A DNA stretch of 64,000 nucleotides from an uncultured Chloroflexia bacterium (GTDB taxonomy: Bacteria; Chloroflexota; Limnocylindria; Limnocylindrales; CSP1-4). The notes beneath the pieces were generated by a model. That model made no database searches. It worked only from the letters and a program-made list of their open reading frames with translations, and was not told where the DNA came from. Made by a program: the position numbers and the translations under genes. The first letter of the stretch is position 1; every line of letters begins with the position of its first letter. Below, one piece after another: positions 59,801 to 64,000 of this stretch. The DNA lies in contig CAWHDR010000001.1 of assembly GCA_963828165.1 (NCBI GenBank), positions 1,600,001-1,664,000 on the forward strand, read 5' to 3'.

Positions 59801-60210
59801 CGCGCCACGGGCCTGGCCGTGGTCGGACGCCGCCGACGCGCTGCGTTTCGTCCACCGGGACGTCTCCAAGCACGGCACGAAGGCGTCGGGGCACATCCTT
59901 CGGATCTGGGGCAGACTTGTCGTCGGAGCGACACCCCACGGATGACCGGGATCGTCCGTCGCCGCTCCGCTATCAGCCGGTCGCGGACTTCCCCCGATCC
60001 ACGGCCGGACACCGGAGACCCGACTCGCGCGTCACTCGTCGACCCCCTGATGTCGATGGGCTGTGGGTCAACTCCCGGGTGCGCTCCTGGCAGCCAGGAA
60101 CGCGGGGTCGCCCGCGCCAACAACCCCCGTGCATCGACGGCGGCACTCGTCACATCCGTACCGGGCCGTCACCCGGTCACGACTGCTGCCCGCCCCAGCA
60201 GGAGGCCCAC

Positions 60211-61512
60211 ATGGCACGACCGCTCCCCGCATCCCGATCCGTCGCGAGTCGCCGGGTACGCCAGCCCCGGCGCTCGGGGTTCTTCGTCCGGCTGCTACTG
60301 GCGGCCGCCCTCGCCGTTCCCGTCAGCGCTGGCCTGACGATGACCGGCGTCCAGAGCACCGCCGCCGCTGGCTGCATCGCCATCCAGTACGCCCGGTTCG
60401 ACGCGCCCGGCAACGACGCCACCAACCTGAACGGCGAGTACGTCGTGGTAACGAACAAGTGCTCGACCCTGATCGGTGTCGGCGGATGGCGGGTGCGCGA
60501 CAAGGCCGGCAACGCCTACCGCTTTGCGTCCGGCGTCCGGATGGGGAAGGGATCCATCTACGTTCACTCCGGCAAGGGCACCAACCGCCCCGGTCATCGC
60601 TACTGGGGCCGCACGACCCCGGTCTGGAACAACACGGGTGAAGTGGCCCATCTGCTCAACGCAAGCGGCACGCGTGTCTCCACGTGGCCAAGGGTGACGT
60701 CCACCCCGACGCCGACCCCAACGACCAACCCGTGGTCAACGGCCTTCGGCACACGGCCGCGCTCGGGCGCGATCACCCTGACCGACTGCCGCGATCGCGT
60801 GATCTCGAACCGGACGTTCAGGGACCTGGGCGCCAACGTCATCGCCATCAAGCTGGTCCGGTGCCACAACGTCACGATCAAGGCGGTGGACTTCCTGAAC
60901 GTGGCCGAAGGCGTGTTCGCCGTCGATTCGACGAACATCCGCGTCATCGACTCGCGCTACAAGAACATCATCGGACCCCACGAGCGAGTCGGCCTGAATC
61001 GCGCCAACTTCGTGCAGTTCGACCACGTCACCGGTGGCCTCATCGACCACAACAAGGGCATCGGTGGGGACACCGAGGATGTGGTCTCGCTCCACGCCTC
61101 GAGCAACGTCATCGTCGAGGACAATCACTTCGAGGGGACGAACTGGGAGTCCAGGTCCAGCTCCGGGATCGCCATCGGTGACGGCGGCGGCTCGGGCAAC
61201 ATCGCCCGACGGAACAAGCTCGTGAACATCGGCCAGGTCGGCGCGTTCATCGCCGGCGGGACGAACAACAAGATCCTCGACAACGTCATCTTTGGCGCGC
61301 AACGCCCAGCATCGAATGTCGGGATCTACGTCGCCGACTTCTCCGACGGTCCGTGCTCCGGCCACACCGTGTCCGGCAACCGGGTCCGGTTCCGCAACGA
61401 GGACGGGGTCCTCAACGGCTACTGGCAGGGCAGTGGCTGCGGGACGGTGACCCGATCCAACAACGATTGGGCGGCGCCGCTGGTCCTGTCCAGCCTGCAC
61501 GTCTCTCTCTGA
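60211..61512 (+). CDS. Secreted lamin-tail domain plus right-handed parallel beta-helix protein
   Basis: AGGAGG RBS; signal peptide; LTD motifs NGEYVVVTN, GGWRVRD, VWNNTGE; beta-helix repeats (GIAIGDGGGSGNIARRN). Confidence 0.8.
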   Translation: MARPLPASRSVASRRVRQPRRSGFFVRLLLAAALAVPVSAGLTMTGVQSTAAAGCIAIQYARFDAPGNDATNLNGEYVVVTNKCSTLIGVGGWRVRDKAGNAYRFASGVRMGKGSIYVHSGKGTNRPGHRYWGRTTPVWNNTGEVAHLLNASGTRVSTWPRVTSTPTPTPTTNPWSTAFGTRPRSGAITLTDCRDRVISNRTFRDLGANVIAIKLVRCHNVTIKAVDFLNVAEGVFAVDSTNIRVIDSRYKNIIGPHERVGLNRANFVQFDHVTGGLIDHNKGIGGDTEDVVSLHASSNVIVEDNHFEGTNWESRSSSGIAIGDGGGSGNIARRNKLVNIGQVGAFIAGGTNNKILDNVIFGAQRPASNVGIYVADFSDGPCSGHTVSGNRVRFRNEDGVLNGYWQGSGCGTVTRSNNDWAAPLVLSSLHVSL

Positions 61513-61573
61513 TCGACGGCCCAGCCGCGAGCCCATCCGATGGTGGGCTCGTAGGGCTGGGTATGATGGGCCC

Positions 61574-62620
61574 ATGGATGGCCCACGTCGCCGCACCCGG
61601 ACCGGCGATCCCGCAACGGAGCAGTCCGCGGCCGCCGCGCGCAGCGCCGAGCCCCTGGCCGCGGTCGATCCCGCCGCGTTCCCGGACCGTGAGACCCGTC
61701 GGGCCATCGACGGCGGTGCCGCCAGCGCCCGTTTCCGCGAGCTTCTCGATGGCGGTGGGCCGGTCATGGCCGACGGCGCCATGGGGACGATGCTGTTCCA
61801 GAACGGCCTGCAGTTCGGCGACCCGCCGGAAGTCTGGAACCTGACCCAGCCGGAGATCATCCGACGGGTCCAGCGTGGCTATCTCGAAGCCGGGTCGCAG
61901 ATCATCATGACGAACACGTTCGGTGGCAACCGCCTGCGCCTCGCCCTGCACGGCCTCTCGGCGCGGGTGGATGAGCTGAACCGGACCGCCGCCATCCTCG
62001 CTCGCGCGGAGGTGCGCGCCGCCGGCGACCAGGCCCTCGTCGCCGGCGACATCGGCCCGAGCGGCGAGATCGTGGCACCCCTCGGGACGCTCGATTACGA
62101 GATCGCCGTCGACGTCTTCCGCGAGCAGGCGACGTCGCTCGTCGCGGGCGGCGTGGACCTCATCTGGATCGAGACGATGTCCGACCTCAACGAGATCAAG
62201 GCCGCCATCGAAGGCGTGCGCCAGGCGGCTCCTGGGATCGCGCTGATCACGACGATGACCTTCGACACCCGCGGCCACACGATGATGGGCGTGACCCCGG
62301 AGCAAGCGGTCGAGGCGCTCGTCGCGTGGGGCGCCGATGCGGTCGGCGGCAATTGCGGCAACGGGCCGGACGAGCTGCTCCCCGTCATCGCGCGGATGCG
62401 CGCCGCCGATCCAGACGTCGTGCTGGTGGCGAAGTCGAACGCGGGCATGCCCGAGCTCGTCGACATGCGTGCGGTCTACAAGGCGGACAGCGCCACCATG
62501 GCCGATTTCGCGATCCAGTTCCGGGACGCCGGTGCGACGATCGTCGGCGCCTGCTGCGGCAGCACGCCCGACCACCTTCGCGCCATGTCGGCCGCCCTTC
62601 GTCCCGCCAGCGTGAGCTGA
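61574..62620 (+). CDS. Stand-alone homocysteine S-methyltransferase domain protein (MetH N-terminal/Bmt-like)
   Basis: DGAMGTML, TNTFG, GDIGPSG, IETMSD, GGNCGNG, KSNAGMP, GACCGSTP. Confidence 0.88.
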   Translation: MDGPRRRTRTGDPATEQSAAAARSAEPLAAVDPAAFPDRETRRAIDGGAASARFRELLDGGGPVMADGAMGTMLFQNGLQFGDPPEVWNLTQPEIIRRVQRGYLEAGSQIIMTNTFGGNRLRLALHGLSARVDELNRTAAILARAEVRAAGDQALVAGDIGPSGEIVAPLGTLDYEIAVDVFREQATSLVAGGVDLIWIETMSDLNEIKAAIEGVRQAAPGIALITTMTFDTRGHTMMGVTPEQAVEALVAWGADAVGGNCGNGPDELLPVIARMRAADPDVVLVAKSNAGMPELVDMRAVYKADSATMADFAIQFRDAGATIVGACCGSTPDHLRAMSAALRPASVS

Positions 62621-62631
62621 CGACCGCGTCC

Positions 62632-63549
62632 GTGGCCACCCGTCCACTCAAGGTCGGCGTCCAGCTCCCGGAAGTCGAGCGAGAGGTCCGCTGGCCGGAG
62701 ATCCTCGACATGGTCCGGGCGATCGAGGACCTCGGCTATGACTCGATCTGGGTGGGCGAGCACCTTCTCTACCGCTGGCCGGATCGACCCGCACGCGGGC
62801 CGTGGGAAGCGTGGACGTCCATGGCCGCCATCGCGGCCGCGACATCGCGCGTGGAGTTCGGGCCGCTCGTGGCCTGTACGAATTTCCACAACCCGGCCCT
62901 CCTCGCCAAGCAGGCGGCCACGATCGACGAGATCAGCGGTGGCCGCTTCATCCTGGGCCTCGGCGCAGGCTGGAACGAGACCGAGTTCCGGGCCTTCGGC
63001 TTCCCGTTCGATCACCGGATCGACCGGTTCGAGGAGGCGTTCACCATCATCCGGACGCTGCTGCGCGACGGTGCCATCGACTACGACGGCAAGTTCTACC
63101 AGGCCCGCGACTGCGAGCTGCTGCCCCGCGGACCGCGGCCGGACGGCCCGCCACTGATGATCGGGTCGCGCGGTCCACGCATGCTGCGCATCACGTTGCC
63201 ACACGTCGATTCGTGGAACGTGTGGTTCGCCGACACCGGTAACTCGCCCACCGGGGTGTCGCCGTTACGTGAGCTCGTCGACGCGGCCTGCCGCGACGTC
63301 GGTCGCGACCCGGCCGAAGTGGAGCGGACCGTCGCGGTCCAGGTCCGGCTACCGGGCGGCCAGGGCCGCGTGCAGGGGGACTATGCCAAGGACGCCCCGC
63401 CGCCCCTGGAAGGGGACCCCGACGAGGTGGCGGAGGTCCTGCGTGCCTACGCCCGTGAGGGGATCGGGCACGTCCAGCTCGTGATGGACCCGATCACGAA
63501 GGACGCGATCGAGGCATTCGCGCCGGTCCTGTCGCGCCTCGACGCCTGA
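62632..63549 (+). CDS. LLM-class flavin-dependent oxidoreductase
   Basis: GYDSIWVGEH, NPALLAKQAATIDEISGGRFILGLGAGW, GPRMLR; start uncertain. Confidence 0.88.
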   Translation: MATRPLKVGVQLPEVEREVRWPEILDMVRAIEDLGYDSIWVGEHLLYRWPDRPARGPWEAWTSMAAIAAATSRVEFGPLVACTNFHNPALLAKQAATIDEISGGRFILGLGAGWNETEFRAFGFPFDHRIDRFEEAFTIIRTLLRDGAIDYDGKFYQARDCELLPRGPRPDGPPLMIGSRGPRMLRITLPHVDSWNVWFADTGNSPTGVSPLRELVDAACRDVGRDPAEVERTVAVQVRLPGGQGRVQGDYAKDAPPPLEGDPDEVAEVLRAYAREGIGHVQLVMDPITKDAIEAFAPVLSRLDA

Positions 63550-63630
63550 GCGGGCACGCCACCCGCCGCCTCCCACGGTACTTCTGTAGGGTCGCCTTCG
63601 CCGGCCTTCGTGCGTAGCATCCACCCCGTC

Positions 63631-64000
63631 ATGCCCCGGACCAGCCTTCGTTCGACCCGGCTTGTGGCCGCCCTCCTCGCGTGCGCCATGCTCGCCGCCG
63701 CATGCGAAGCGGCCGCGGTAGCGCCCTCGCCCACGCCCGTCCCGACGCCCATCCCGACGCCGAATCCCCACCTGGCGGACCCGGCATCGGCCCAGGCCGT
63801 CTTCAATGGCCTCGGTCGCGAGGGCCTGAGGGTCACGCCGAACACGGCCAATGTCGGCGCCGAAGCGGCCGGCGTCGTCACCCGGATCCACGCCACGTAC
63901 AGTGGCTGGCCGCTCCAGGTCGTCGAGTACCGCACTTCGGCCGATCTCGCCAAGGCCGCTTCCTGGGAGGCCGGGCAGGCGCCCGGCAAGGGAGAGCCAC
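63631..64000 (+). CDS. Putative lipoprotein (partial, runs off the window)
   Basis: MPRTSLRSTRLVAALLACAMLAAAC lipobox-like, then PT-rich linker; frame open to the end. Confidence 0.6.
   Translation, partial: MPRTSLRSTRLVAALLACAMLAAACEAAAVAPSPTPVPTPIPTPNPHLADPASAQAVFNGLGREGLRVTPNTANVGAEAAGVVTRIHATYSGWPLQVVEYRTSADLAKAASWEAGQAPGKGEP

Noticed and set aside
61574-62620. Truncated metH pseudogene
   Set aside because: The domain is complete with its Zn-binding Cys residues, and split or stand-alone HMT modules are well known.

Overview
High-GC bacterial chromosome segment. Gene content (Cys-containing SLH proteins, LCP, leaderless-type promoters) suggests a monoderm, possibly Chloroflexota; this taxon is inferred, not shown. 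About 1-8.7 kb and 17.8-43.7 kb form a large cell-surface glycan locus: rmlC, two SLH proteins, a wbpD/E/B/A-like diacetamido-uronate pathway, two wecB, seven GT4 genes, wzm/wzt, a GSCFA protein and a GDP-type legionaminic-acid-like pathway with a NeuA-NeuB fusion. An accessory block interrupts it at 8.75-17.8 kb. The first 2.8 kb of that block is an array of five single-ORF units in mixed orientation, separated by a ~24-bp direct repeat (GTGACATTnnCGsACrCwTTGCGA). This looks like a non-integron gene-cassette array, and one unit is an aminoglycoside-nucleotidyltransferase-like gene. After 43.7 kb come a PPIase, mazG, rph, rdgB, LCP, an orphan CpaF/TadA ATPase fused to a degenerate RidA domain, a secreted GSDH-PKD protein, tRNA-Pro(TGG), an Fe3+ ABC transporter, a LysE exporter with an attenuator-like leader, and metabolic genes. 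At least six genes carry frameshifts, probably assembly indels. All functional calls rest on motif recognition only; no searches were run.
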